The notes under the pieces were generated by a model. It ran no database searches and was not told where the DNA came from. It saw only the letters and a list, made by a program, of their open reading frames with translations. This document shows, piece after piece, positions 13,194-26,008 of a DNA stretch of 64,000 bases. This stretch comes from Ptychomitrium polyphyllum (Eukaryota): assembly GCA_973851085.1 (NCBI GenBank), contig OZ316775.1:4154001-4218000 (forward strand), written 5' to 3'. The number at the start of each line of letters is the position of its first letter. Position 1 is the first letter of the stretch. Made by a program: the position numbers and the translations under genes.

Positions 13194-13899
13194 CTGCCAA
13201 TTCATGATTGTCAGCCATGGATAACAGAACAATACATACTCCAGAAAACCAAAACCTTAAAAACAGAGCGAAGAAACTAAACTCTTCAAGCTCAAGCAGC
13301 AATTCCCTTCATGTGCATATAGTAGCACTAAATGTACAGTCTAAGATACTGACTTGATTCAAGTGGCCTGGTGAACATGAGCTGGATACAATTGCAGAAT
13401 TCACTAGGAGATTTCAGGTTGTAGTTGAAATACCTGCAAAGTGATATTGCAAGCTAGGACACAATTCCCAGGAACTTCAAAAGTAGCACTGTCGAAAGTA
13501 AAATTTACAGATAAAATTACAGATAAAATTATATAAAATTGGATAAAATTGGATATAACCTTATGACAATGCAAGTGGAATTTGCTGTGATCCCTCTCCT
13601 AGATTGTGTCCATGCCTGTCTAACAGAGCTCATAGCTATGTCAACCACAAATAATACCATCTCAGCATCCATGAGTTGGCAATGTCAATGAAATAAACTT
13701 CAATAAAATTGAATTTTATGAAGCTTAGCTATGCTCCAGTCTAAAGCCAATTAAGAAGTTGCCACTCCAAAGGCATAGTGTAAATGCTGGGTCAAAGAGC
13801 TTCCAAGAATAAGCCCCAAAGGTGAACCTCGTGACAACTCCCAACTTCAGCCAAGAACCATGATAGAGAGTTGACTTCATCCAGTTGCCTTTCATTTAA

Positions 13900-15710
13900 G
13901 GAAGTTTTCAGTGGCAAAGATCAATTATGATATATATATATATATAATAAGGAGTTACTTGCAATTGGGGACGCATTTGAAAAATGGTGACATTTATTGG
14001 AAGGAGCTCAATTTACCATTGCAATATATAGACCACAATAAACTTGAGTACTTTATGAGTGCATGTGTTCTAAATTGCAATCAAGTAAGGTAAAGTATGT
14101 TATTTTCCAGATTTGACTTTGTTATTACCTATTAACTTAATAGCCTACAAGGTAAGGTAAATGTCTTATTTGGCCGCTAGAGTTGAAGATGAAGTTTTTG
14201 ATCGACAAAAGACTATTTTATTGAAGCTACAAAATCTTCAATTGAAAGCATTGAACCATTATCTGAATATCCCATTTTGACAAAATTTGGAGGGCTTTAA
14301 AGAATGATGACTTTATTTCAAATATGAAGAGGTGCTTCAAAAACAACATCCTTCAAATAATGATAAGGACTTTGAAATCTAAAAAGGCCTATTTTAGTAT
14401 AAAGGACTTTTGTATCTATTGCCAGAACTTTGTAATTGAAGATCTTTCAAGCACTTGAGATTTTCCAGCAGCAATACACTTTAGATTCAACAAATTAATG
14501 GAGTTGTTTGCCAAAGACTATTAGTAGCCTCAAATGTGGAAATACATGGACTTTGTTCCATCATGCAATACTTGCACAAGGACCAAGGTACCAAAATGCC
14601 AACTTCATGGTCTCTTCCATCTTCTTCAAGTGCCAAAGAGTCCATGGTTGTCACTATAAATGAATTTTATTACAAAGCTCACTAGTTTTTATTCTAAAGA
14701 ATCTATTTTAGTAGTGGTAGATTGGTTGACTAAAATGGTTCATTTTATTCCATGCAATACAATGGTAATGGAAGAAGAAACTGCAAAGCTATTCTAAAAT
14801 CACATTCATTGCATATGTGAGCTACCAAATGATATTGTATCCAATCAAGGACTGCAATTTATTTCCAACTTTTGGAAGGCTCTATTTTAACTGTTGCGTG
14901 TAAAGATCAACCTTTCTTTACTACACCATCCTTAGATTAATGATTAAATCAAAAGTTGAATAAAATTTTGGAGCAATTTCTTTGTTACAACTTAAATTAC
15001 ATGCAAAGCAATATGATGGACCCCTTATTTTTGGCAGAATTTGCTTATAACAATACTATATATTTTTCAACAATGCAAACTTTGTTCTTTGCAAATTATG
15101 ACTACCATTCTCAAGCGGATCCATTCCAAGTGAAGCATGTTGAAAGTCTTGCAGCAAAAGATTTTGCATTTCAACTTGCTAAAATCCACCAAGAACTTGT
15201 TTTTTAGTTACAACAAGCTCTAGACCAAAACAAATCTTATGCAAATTGTCATTGGAAGGACCATCCAAAGTTCAAGATTGAAAAATAGCAAATGGCTCTT
15301 ACGACAAAACTTACAAATAAAAAGATTGTCAAAAAAGCTAGATTATCAATGGCTTGGATTGTTTGAAATCATCAAATAATAAATCCAATTGGTTATCTCT
15401 TCAAACTACCACTAACCATGCAGATCATCTAGTAATTCATATATCTTTGTTGGAATTTTACAATAAATCATATATATTAAAAAAGATTGTTTTTTTGACT
15501 CTTCTAATGGAAATTGATAATAAAATAGAGTATGAAGTGGAAGAAATTTTAGATTCTTGCATAATTAATGAACGTGTCAAGTATCTTATATATTGAGAAA
15601 GATATGGCATTAATGACCAAATATGAAAACTTTCAATGAATGTGACCAATGCATCTGAAAAGGTACGTAAATTTCATCAAAGATATTTTCAAAAACCAAG
15701 TCATTGATGA
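13900..15710 (+). mobile_element. Degenerate Ty3/Gypsy chromovirus fragment (RNase H end, integrase, chromodomain)
   Basis: Broken frames with DHNKLEYF, LAEFAYNN and chromodomain-like EYEVEEILDS..VKYLIY. Many stops and frameshifts. No LTR recognised. Confidence 0.8.
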
Positions 15711-16227
15711 TGAATTATGATAAATCAATATCCTTTAGCTTTAGTAAAAAGATATTTCTATAGACAAGCATAAAAAAGAGGTAGCAATATCCAACTTTCA
15801 CTTGTATGCAGCAATATTTTCAAAATATACGATTTCTAGATTCTAAGCTAGTATGTCAAATCTTCATATCATCATGGATATATATGAAGAACAATTGGCT
15901 GTGCCTTCTTTGACAACAATACCTATTAAGTTAATTTATCTTTCTCAACTTTTAATATTAGAGGATCTCAAGGAAGATATAACAAAGGCCCTTCAACGTG
16001 GAATGCAATCATATGTAGAAATATTGATTAGTTGCCTTCCACAAGTTAGTCTTGATGCAAATGCTCAAGCTCCAGTCAACTTCTTAATATGACGGACGGA
16101 ATAACTTTAAAACAAGGCTTTAGAATTCCAGGATGTAAAACAAGATATGTCCAAGGTATATTAGAGGTACAAAGCTATAACAAAGTACAAAGACAAGGCC
16201 GGAAGGTCTGAGCTAAACTACAAGAGA

Positions 16228-17346
16228 TGTTGCGCACCTCTCTTTGAGGAGTGCCCGCAATACTAAAGGGCACAAGGGGGATCCCAAAGTGACATTCAGA
16301 ATTTGTGGTGCCAATAGTGAAGTGGCCCGAATAGGCCTAGCGTGGGAAGGATCCCGAAGGAGAGAAACATCCTTGTCCATGTAGCCCGAGGGCCACAAAG
16401 GAGAAATTTTAGGCATTGGAGAATCCACACGAATTGAATCTAGAATACTAAAGATTGCTCAAATCGAACAAGGAAGCTAAAAGATATGGCATCCCAAAGT
16501 GACTGTGGCAGCCCTAGACAGTGACTATACTGGACTTGGATAGTGCATGGAGGGACTCCCTAAGAATTCCGAAGCTTGGAAGAAGCAAATTGAACGTTTG
16601 AGGAGTCTATCGGCATTTACGCAAAGAGCAAATGACAATAGAGTGGTTGCGTGATAGATTCAAATAACAAAAGTAGAAGATATGGCTCCTTGAAGGTCCA
16701 TAGGAAGTCCCGAAGGCTCCCAGCGGCTAAGTCCCAAGGGAAATCAGATGGTCTTCCAAAGTTTTGGGTGTGTCGGAGTTCAGCCAGCTACAGAGGGTCA
16801 AGGGGCTTGCCGAATCTCACAGAGAGTACTATATGGAAAGATTGGTCCCCCTCCCCACTCCCCTAGTGTCCCAGTAGGAACCAATGGTGAGTCTCGGTTG
16901 GCAGAGTTAGTGTTAGGGCTTCACCACGGAAACTCCCACACCATTGTGAGCCGGTGGATGATCGGTTTCACAAAAGGAATTACTGAGATTAAAAGGGCAC
17001 GCTTATTATCACTAAATTGAGATGGTGTCTTCATACCGGCACCATAATGGCCCGGGATGATCTTAGGATCACATGGGAATTAGGAGTAGTAGTGAGGAGA
17101 CACTACTAAGTGCGGTTAGGCCGTGTGGAATGGGAGTAATACCAAATGAGGCCTTGAACATGAATGGAAGTCCGCACTTAACCATTAGCTACCAATCAAT
17201 TGGGTGTTCTAAGAGAAATGGTAGGAGGAATTAGAAACCAAGCCTGGGACTTGGAGAGCAAAAATGGAGGTTAACCATATGCATGTGGGAGTATGCAGGG
17301 TTGACGCGCATGACGTTTGTTAAGGTGCATTACAAGGGTTGCAACG
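16228..17346 (+). mobile_element. Solo LTR, family A, inserted inside a family-B LTR
   Basis: TGTTGCGCAC...GGTTGCAACG termini, flanks AGAGA/AGATA. Removing it restores the B-LTR sequence CAAGAGA|TGCGTTGTC. Confidence 0.85.
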
Positions 17347-20300
17347 AGATATGCGTTGTCAAAATTGAAGATCCCTTCAACTTTGACTCCTATATATACT
17401 AGAATTACAAGCCTCAAAAACTTTTTTGAGAAGCTTCTACTACATTGCTTTGTACTTAAGCAACCTTGAGTTGCTTCCATAGAAGCTTCCTAAACCAAAG
17501 TAACTTCCATAAAAACTTCCTAAGTGAAGGTAACTTCCTTGGAAGCTTCCTAAGCTAAGATAATTCTGTTGGAAGCTTCCTAAATCTTTTAAGAACCTTT
17601 TTAGATGCTTCTAATATATATGTCTATGACATCACTTTCCAATCTAGCTCTAAGGTTTTCAAAGAGCATGTTGCAACAAATGTTTAGAGTTGTAAGAAGA
17701 CAAAAAATTGTCGCATGGTGTTTGTAACATACTCCAATTGCCTTTCACAATTCAAATGGTTCATAAGTCCTTATAACCCCCAATAGTATCCAATGCCTTC
17801 TACTTGGACCAAGCATGAACTTCCGTATCTTCATTGTGGAAGCATCCTTTAAACACTGCTTTTGGATAACCTTTATAAGCTGGTTCCACTTCAAAGACAA
17901 TCACCAACGATCTATTGCTCATTATCCTCTGACATCTTCTTGGTTCAACCTGTTCCTCATTACAAGGTTGTCAACAAGAGCTACTTGATTGTATTGACAC
18001 TAATGGCATGGTATCTGCATCTTGACTATCCATATCAAATATATTGAGTTATTCTCAAGGAACTATGGTAAATTTCAAAATACAAACGACTAATTTCTAA
18101 ATCATAACTAATGCTTTGGAAACCTATGATTTAGGAATTTTTTTTTCTCCTACTTAAAAGTCCAAGCACTAAGAACCTTCAAAATTACGCAACCTTATTA
18201 AGCCACTATTTTTTGTAATCTGCCATCTTTGTGGCAAATTCTTTTGCTGCTAGATTCTTAGATTATAGTGGTTGTAACATATCCATCTTTTGATGATGTT
18301 CATAGTTGGAGTAGAATGGCGTTTTTGGGATGGAAGCATGAGTGATGATAATGTAGGCAAACTCAACCAATGTTAAGTAGGAAGTCCAATCATCGTATTG
18401 ATAGTTGATAGTACATCTCAAATATTACTCCAAGATCTAGTTGTCTCGCTCTGTTCGGCCATTGGTTTCAGGATGGAAGGCAGAAGAAAGTTTAATGTCC
18501 ACCTTAAAAATTCCAAAGAGTGACTTCCAAAATCTTGATACAAACTGTAGTCCATGATCCAATATAATATCATTAGATAATTCCTAGTAGCGGTAGATAT
18601 TATCCATGAAGAGTGGTAGTTTCTTCACTTATTATTGTCTTTTTGCAAATTACTAAATGTACCATCTTGGTCAACCAATCTATCACAATAAAGATGGTAT
18701 CAAAAAATTTGACGATGGAAGATCTATAATGAAATCCATTGAAACAAACGACCATGGTTTCTTTGCACTAGGCGGTGTGTCGCGCACCTCTCCTTGAAGA
18801 GTGCCTGCAACACTAAGGGCACAAGGGGGACTATGAAGTGACGTTTGGGACTTCTGGCGCCGATAGTGAGGAGAACCGAGTGGGCCTAGCGTGGGAAGGA
18901 TCCCTAGGGGGAGAAACATCCTTGCCCATCTAGACCGAGGGCCATGAGGGATAAATTGTGGGCATTAGAAGAATCACAAAGAGCTGATTCTAGAATGCTA
19001 AAGATTGCCCAAATCGGACAAGGGAGCTAAAAGTTATGGCATCCCAAAGTTGGGGTTGCCAAGGGGCTGTTTTGGACTGTGGCAGCCCTACACAGTGATT
19101 GTACTGGGGTGGGACAGTCCAGGGAGGAACTCCCCGGGAATTCCGAACCTTGGAAGAGGCATATCTCTCACAATACTAACTCAAATTGGACGTTTGAGGA
19201 GTCTATTGGCATTTACGCAAAGAGTGAATGACAATAGAATGGTTGCTCGATACATTTAGGCTCCGGATGAGGAAGGTATGGCTCTCTAAAGGTCCGCTGG
19301 GAGTCCCGGAGGCTTCCAGCAGCTAAAACCCATAGGAGATTGGGTGGTCTTCCAAAACTTTAAGTGTGTCGGGGTTCAGCCAGCTATAGAGGGCCAGTGT
19401 TAGAACCCTTGTAATGCACCTTAGCAAGCGTCACGCGCGTCAACCCTATACACCCCCACATGCACATGGTTAACCTCCATTTTCCCTTTCCAAGTCCTTC
19501 TATCATTTCTCTTAGAACACTCAATTGATTGGTAGCCAATGGTTCGATGCGGACTTCCATTCATGTCCAAGGCCTCACTTGATGTTACTCCCATTCCACA
19601 CGGTTTAACTGCACTTAGTGGTGTCTCCTCACCACCACTCATGATCTCCACGTGATCCTAAGATTACTAGAGCCATCATGGTGCCGACATGAAGACACTA
19701 CCCCAACTTAGTGGTAACAAACGTACCCTTTTAAACGTGCTAGTTCCCTCCGTGAAACCGGTTGTCCACCAACTCACAATGGTGTGGGAGTCCCCGTGGT
19801 GAAGCCCCAACACTAGCTCCACCAACCAGAACTCACCCTTGGTCTCTACCGGGACATTAGGGTAGTGGAGAGGAGGACCAGCCCTCCTTTTTAGTACTTT
19901 CTGTGGGATTCGGCAGGCCCCTTGGCCCTCTGTAGCTGGCTGAACCCCAACACACCTAGAGTTTTGGAAGACCACCCGATCTCCCTTGGGATTTAGCTGC
20001 TGGAAGCCTCCGGGACTCTTAGCGGACCTTTAGGAAGCCATATCTTCTTCATCCGGTGCCTGAATGTATTGAGCAATCACTCTATGGTCATTTACTCTTT
20101 GCGTAGATGCCGATAGACTCCTCAAACGTCCGATTTGAGTTAGTATTGTGGGAGATACGCCTCTCCCAAGGTTCGGGACTCCCGGGGAGTCCCTCCCTGG
20201 ACTCTCCCACTCCAGTATAGTCACTGAGTAGGGCTGCCACACTCTAAAACAGCCCCTTGGCAACCCCAACTTTGGGATGCCATAACTTTTAGCTCCCTTG

Positions 20301-20542
20301 TCCGATTTGGACAATCTTTAGAATTCTAGAATCAGCTCTTTGTGATTCTTCTAATGCCCGCCATCTATCCCTCGTGGCCCTCGGTCTACATGGGCAAGGA
20401 TGTTTCTTCCCTTTAGGGGTCCTTCCCATGCTAGGCCCACTTGATTCCCCTCACTATCGGCGCCACAAGTCTCAGACGTCACTTCGAGGTCCCCCTTGTG
20501 CCCTTAGTGTTGCGGGCACTCCTCAAAAAGAAGTGCGCAACA

Positions 20543-20555
20543 CTCACCACCACCT
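20543..20555 (-). other. Polypurine tract of the family-A element
   Basis: Minus strand AGGTGGTGGTGAG immediately before the 3' LTR. Confidence 0.65.
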
Positions 20556-21332
20556 TAATGGAGTCCATGCCCTCATCGACTATACTTGTACTCGGCACAC
20601 CAATTCCAAGGTTGCCATCCTCTAGTGGTATAGCATTGTGTTTCATCTAGGGTGCGACCTCCACAATGCACTCATAAGTCTTTGGCAAAGTCTCAAAAGT
20701 GTCGTTTAGGAGGTGGTCTGTTTAGGCACCTTAGACAAAAATCTTTGGGGCCCTAAACTACTCTAGACCTACCTACTTTGAGACCTTCTTGGGATACACT
20801 CCCTAGTTAGGCTACACTGCCCTAACTCCTCCTCTTTGACTAGGCTCGACCTCAATGCTCCACCAAGTTGTCTTGGTTGCAAACCCAAGGTGGCTTTTAT
20901 TCCACGACTCGATCGCACGGGAGTAATGCCAAGTTCCGCCCAACCTGGATCCCACTATCTCTATTGAGATATGGGTTCATGAGTCTCATGCACTAACTTT
21001 TGTTAGTTTATAGGAGTTGCGCTTTTATGAGCACGCGCCATTACCTTGTCCTTGCCCGGACAAGCCCAAGGCAAGGAGGTTTCATGGTTTTAACCATTCC
21101 TCCTCCCAGCCTTGGTCCCCATTACTCGGCCTTTCCAACTTAGTTTCACATGTTTATTCCTCCTCTTCTACCAACTTAGTACAAGCACAAGACTAGGACG
21201 TCATCTTATATTCTTCTCTTTGCACACACAAAAGTTGAACTTTATTGCCATAAGCCAAGGAACCAATACATGATGTGAAAAAGTTACTGCTACAAACCAC
21301 TCTCTCCCTACTAAAAGAGATTGATGTCCTCA

Positions 21333-24300
21333 TCAATGCCGACGTTGTCTTTTGTTGGAGTTCCTATCCCTTTCAAAGCGTTCCACCACTTCATTGGCAT
21401 TTTCCAAGTCCTTGGCTGCTACCCAAGTTGTTTCCTTTTCATGGTACCCTCTCCACTTCACCAAATACTCTTTTCTTACTTTCTTGTGGTGCCTACATTT
21501 GAGAATTCCTTCTACTTCGTATTCCAAGTGGTCGCCCACCAATTCCGGCGGTGGCCGAATCACTTGTTTGCGATTGGGCCACAAGGTATCTTTTTTGAAT
21601 GGCTTAAGGAGTGAGACATGAAATGTTGGGTGCACTTTGATTTTGGATGGTAGCTCCAACTTATACACATCTTTAAACATCCGCTCCACAATGGAAAACA
21701 GCCTCGCAAACTTGGACATGAACTTAGAGTGAGGCCTTCGGGCAAGCTAAAGTTTTTCACATTCAACAACACCTTTTGGCCTACTTTATACTCTACTTCA
21801 CGTCTTCCGGCATTGACTTGTTTCTCGTACCGCTTTTGTGCCTTTTCCAACAAAAGCTTAGTCTTCTCCAGCATCTGTTCCCACTTTTTGGCCAAGTCCT
21901 CACCATCTTGGTTAAACTCTAGTATTGAATGTGCCTCTTCGAGAGCTAAGTCGGCAGGCTGGAGTGGCTCCACTCCATAGGGCACCTTAAACGGCGGCTG
22001 CTTTGTCGCCGAATGGTTGGCCGCATTGTAACTGAACTCCGCTAAGCTCACATAATCCGCCCAATTGCACTGGTCCGCACTCACAAAGTTCCTCAAGTAT
22101 TGGTTCAAAACTCCATTCACTAGTTCCGTTTGCCCATCCGTTTGAGGATGGAAGGCAGTGCTAAATGTCAATTTGGTTCCAACTTTCCTAAAGAAATGTT
22201 TCCAAAAAGCACTAGTGAATTTTGGATCTCGGTTCGACACAATCACTCTCGGCAACCCCTGATGTTTCCACCATGCATCGAGGAATAGCTTTGTGGTGTC
22301 ATGGGCAGTTACAGTTCCTCTAGTTGGCACCATATGCACCAACTTCCTAAAGCGATCCACCATTAAAAAGATGGCATCATGTCTTTGCAATTCCAGAAGA
22401 CTTGTGATGAAGTCCATGGACACGCTATGCCATGGACTTGGCGGAATTGGCAAAGGTTGTAGTAGACCGGCTTGCTTTTTATAAGAGGCTCTATTGAGTT
22501 GGCACTTCACACAAGTTTTCACAAAGTCGGTGATGTCCGCTTTTATGCCCGGCCAATAGTACCTTCTTGACACCGCCGCTATGGTGGTTTTTTCTCCTCT
22601 ATGGCCAGCTATGGGACTATCATGTTCTTCTTTCAAAACCAACAACCGTAGTTTTCCTTGAGGCACATATACCCGACTTTGTTTGTACTTGAGCAATCCC
22701 TTCTCCAATTTAATTTCCTTAAATTTCTTACCCTTCTTAAGCTCGCCGAGAAGCCTTTGTGCTTCGGAGTCCTTCATGTACCCCTCTCTTATCTTCCTTT
22801 CCAAATTGCCTTCTCCCTTGTACATTACTCGCAGGACTTGGGTTGTATCCATCGCTTGCAACTCTTCTCGCCTACTTAGAGCATCCGGCACTACATTGTC
22901 ACGCCCCGGCTTCTGGATCAAATCCACATTCATAAGTGCCAAGGTGTCGCGCCACCTCAATTGTTTTGCACTCATTTGTGCTTGCGACTCAAAGTACTTA
23001 AAGGACACGTTGTCCGTGTAGACTTTGGTTTTATGTAGGCCCAAGTAGTGCCGCCATGTTTTCAAACAATGCACTACGGCAAAGAGTTCTTTCTCGTGCG
23101 TGGGCCACCTCTTTTGGCACCCAGCCAACTTCTTGTTCTCATAGGCAATTGGCATGCCTTCTTGCATGAGCACTCCACCAATGGCAAAGTCACTTGCATC
23201 CGTATGGACCTCAAAGGGCTTTTCAAACTTGGAAAACTTCAATACTGGCGGTTGTGACAACTTATCCTTGAGTTCTTGAAAAGCTTGGTGACAAAATCCA
23301 TCCCATACTTGGCTAGCTCCTTTCTTCAACAAGTCGGACAAAGGTCTAGCAATTTTGGAGAAGTTGTGTATGAAACTCCTATAATAATTTGCTAGGCCGA
23401 GAAATGATCTTAGCCCCTTTTGTGTAGAAGGTTGTTTCCACTCTCTAATTGCCTTTATCTTCCTTATGTCCGGCATGATTCCATCATCCGTCACTATATG
23501 GCCCAAGAACTCAATCTCAAGTTGAGCAAACTCACTCTTTTCTCCGTTGGCATAAAGCTTGTGGTCCCTAAGTTTTTAATGCACCACTTCAAGGTGCCTT
23601 GCATGTTCTTCCACCGACTTGGAATACACCAAGATGTCATCAATGTAGACAATGACAAAGTCATCCATCTCTTCTCAAAAGATGGTATTCATGAGGGTCG
23701 TGAACGTCGAAGGAGCATTACACAATCCAAATGGCATCACCAAAAATTCATAGGACCCATACCTAGTGCGGCATGCGGTCTTTGGCATGTCTTCATCCGC
23801 AATGCGGATTTGATAGTAGCCCGACTTCAAATCTATCCGACTAAAGTATTTAGCTCCCGCCAATCTATCAAAGAGGTCATCAATCCGAGGCAAAGGATAG
23901 TTGTTCTTGATGGTGGCTTTATTCAAGGCTCTATAGTCGACACACATGCGGAGCTTGCCATCCTTTTTGTCCACGAAGAGGACCGGTGCTCTATATGGCG
24001 ACTTACTTGGCCTAACATAGCTTCTTTCCAACAAGTCATTTAATTGCTTCTTCAACTCCTCTAGCTCTTTTTGGTTCAACCGGTATGGAGCCTTTGAAAG
24101 AGGCTCCGTTCTTGGTATCACTTCAATTTTGTGATCCACTTCTCTTCTTGGCGGTAACTTTGCGGGCAGCTCATTGGTGAGCACATCCTTGTAACCACTT
24201 AGTACATTTTGAATGCACTTGGAAATAGTCCTAACCTCCTTGGCACTTGGCCTATTCCCCTCTTCTTGCTCCATTTGCATCACAACCACAAATTAATTAT

Positions 24301-25712
24301 TCTCTAATTGTTCTATGGAGACTAAGTTCAACTTGCCTCCCGCAACCATAGGAGTCCGAGTCAACTTCAATATTGCCTCCTTTCCACCATGGTGCATTAC
24401 TAACCGTGCTGGCTTTTGTTTCACATCCACCACATGAGTTTTGAAAAAGGTATCATCTAAAATGAGGTCTACCTCATCCATCTCACATAGTGTAAAACTT
24501 TCCTTCAATTCCAATGTTCCACTGCTTAAGGCCACATCCAACACCACCTCCTTCGTCTCGTACGGTTTGCCTTTTGCAAATTGCACGTTGATGGACTTGC
24601 TAGCTTTTTGAGCCGACAAGCCCAACACCCTTGCTAGCTTGGGACTCATGAAGGAGTGCGTTGCCCCTGTGTCAATCAAACATGAGACATTTTTGCCATT
24701 TATTTGGTCTTCAAGGTATGAAAGACTTAACCTTGGCTTAAAGCTACTAGCCTTGGCCATAAATCCACCTTCTAAAATGTGATCCACAACACAAGTGTGA
24801 CAAGCTTTGATACTCACCTTTTTATCAGGACACTCCGCAATGAAGTGGCCAATCTTGCCACACCGTGGCAACGTTTGTGCTTCACCTCAGCACTCTTATC
24901 TCCCGATTTCAATGGTTTTCTCTCATGATGGTCCACTTTGTTGTAGGCCCTTCCATCTACTTGTCCCTTGTGTTTGTTTCCAAAGCCAAATTTCTTGCGT
25001 TCTCCGTCGCGAGATACATTTCGGCTCAATCCACTTTGTTGAGAGGGACCACTTGATTTTCTTTCGGGACCGTCGGCTTCAATTCTTTCCGCAATCTTAA
25101 TGATTCCTGCCACGTCCTCTGGAAGCTTTGGGAATTTGAACAAGGCGTCCACCACCCACTTTTGAAGCCCACCCAAAAAGATGCATTTCTTTGAAAACTC
25201 ATCCATTTTGAGTGTGGCATTCATTTGGGCGTTGAAATCTCGCACATAAGTCTTAAGCAACCCGATGTGCCTCATTTGCACCAAGTTCATGCCCTCCCTC
25301 AACTCTTGGTATTCCGGAGTGAAGCGTTCACTCAAAATCTCTTTAAAATTGACTTAAGACAAAGTCGCCATCAACTCCGGCTCTTGTTCTTTTTTACTTG
25401 TCCACCATTGAAGAGCATGGTCTTTCAAAAAGGTCACCGCAATTGAAACTTTGTCCACCTCTCCGGCTTTTGAACATCATAATAGTTGTCCATTTCCAAA
25501 AAAAACTCTTTCACCTTCCTAGCCTTACCTAGCCCAGAAAAAGTGCTTGGCATGTTCACCTTGGCCAACTTCTTGGTCAAAGATGAGGACTTGGAACCTT
25601 GTGCCATCAAGTGTTCAATCAACCTCTTTTGACGGGTCATTTCTTCTTTGCCACGCTTAAGTTCTTGGTTCACACCGTCCATGAACTCGAGCATTTTCAT
25701 GCGAAAACTCAA
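21333..25712 (-). pseudogene. gag-pol of the family-A element, disrupted
   Basis: ORF pieces 25434-25712 and 24814-25335 (gag), 24293-24871 (Zn knuckle/protease), 23675-24289 (RT, ends in TGA), 21560-23506 (RT end/RH/INT), 21333-21719 (INT end + chromodomain). They are separated by stops and frameshifts. Confidence 0.9.
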
Positions 25713-25996
25713 GACAGGGTCCTAACTTTCTAGGCCCTCAAGTGGCTTAGAAATCCTAGCTCCTGAGTAGTCTCCACCCCCTAACGCTTCGTCTTGCTGA
25801 ATTTCCTCAACTTCGTCGATGATTCCTATGTCATTTCCTTACTCATTGGAATCAAAGGATGGAGCCTCATTAATCGGATTGGGGTCTTTGTTCACCCTCG
25901 TGCATAGTCGCTTAGAGGCCCCAGGCTCACCGCCGTCACCGGCCTTCTTCTTACCCATAGCCTCCTCGCAACGTAGCACTTGGATACTCCAAGTCT

Positions 25997-26008
25997 GCTC
26001 TAATACCA
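25997..26008 (-). other. Primer-binding site (tRNA-Met type) of the family-A element
   Basis: Minus strand TGGTATTAGAGC, 2 nt after the 5' LTR, one mismatch to the canonical TGGTATCAGAGC. Confidence 0.85.

Noticed and set aside
13500..13946. Short ATAAAATT-type tandem repeat and (TA)8 microsatellite
   Set aside because: Ordinary simple repeats.
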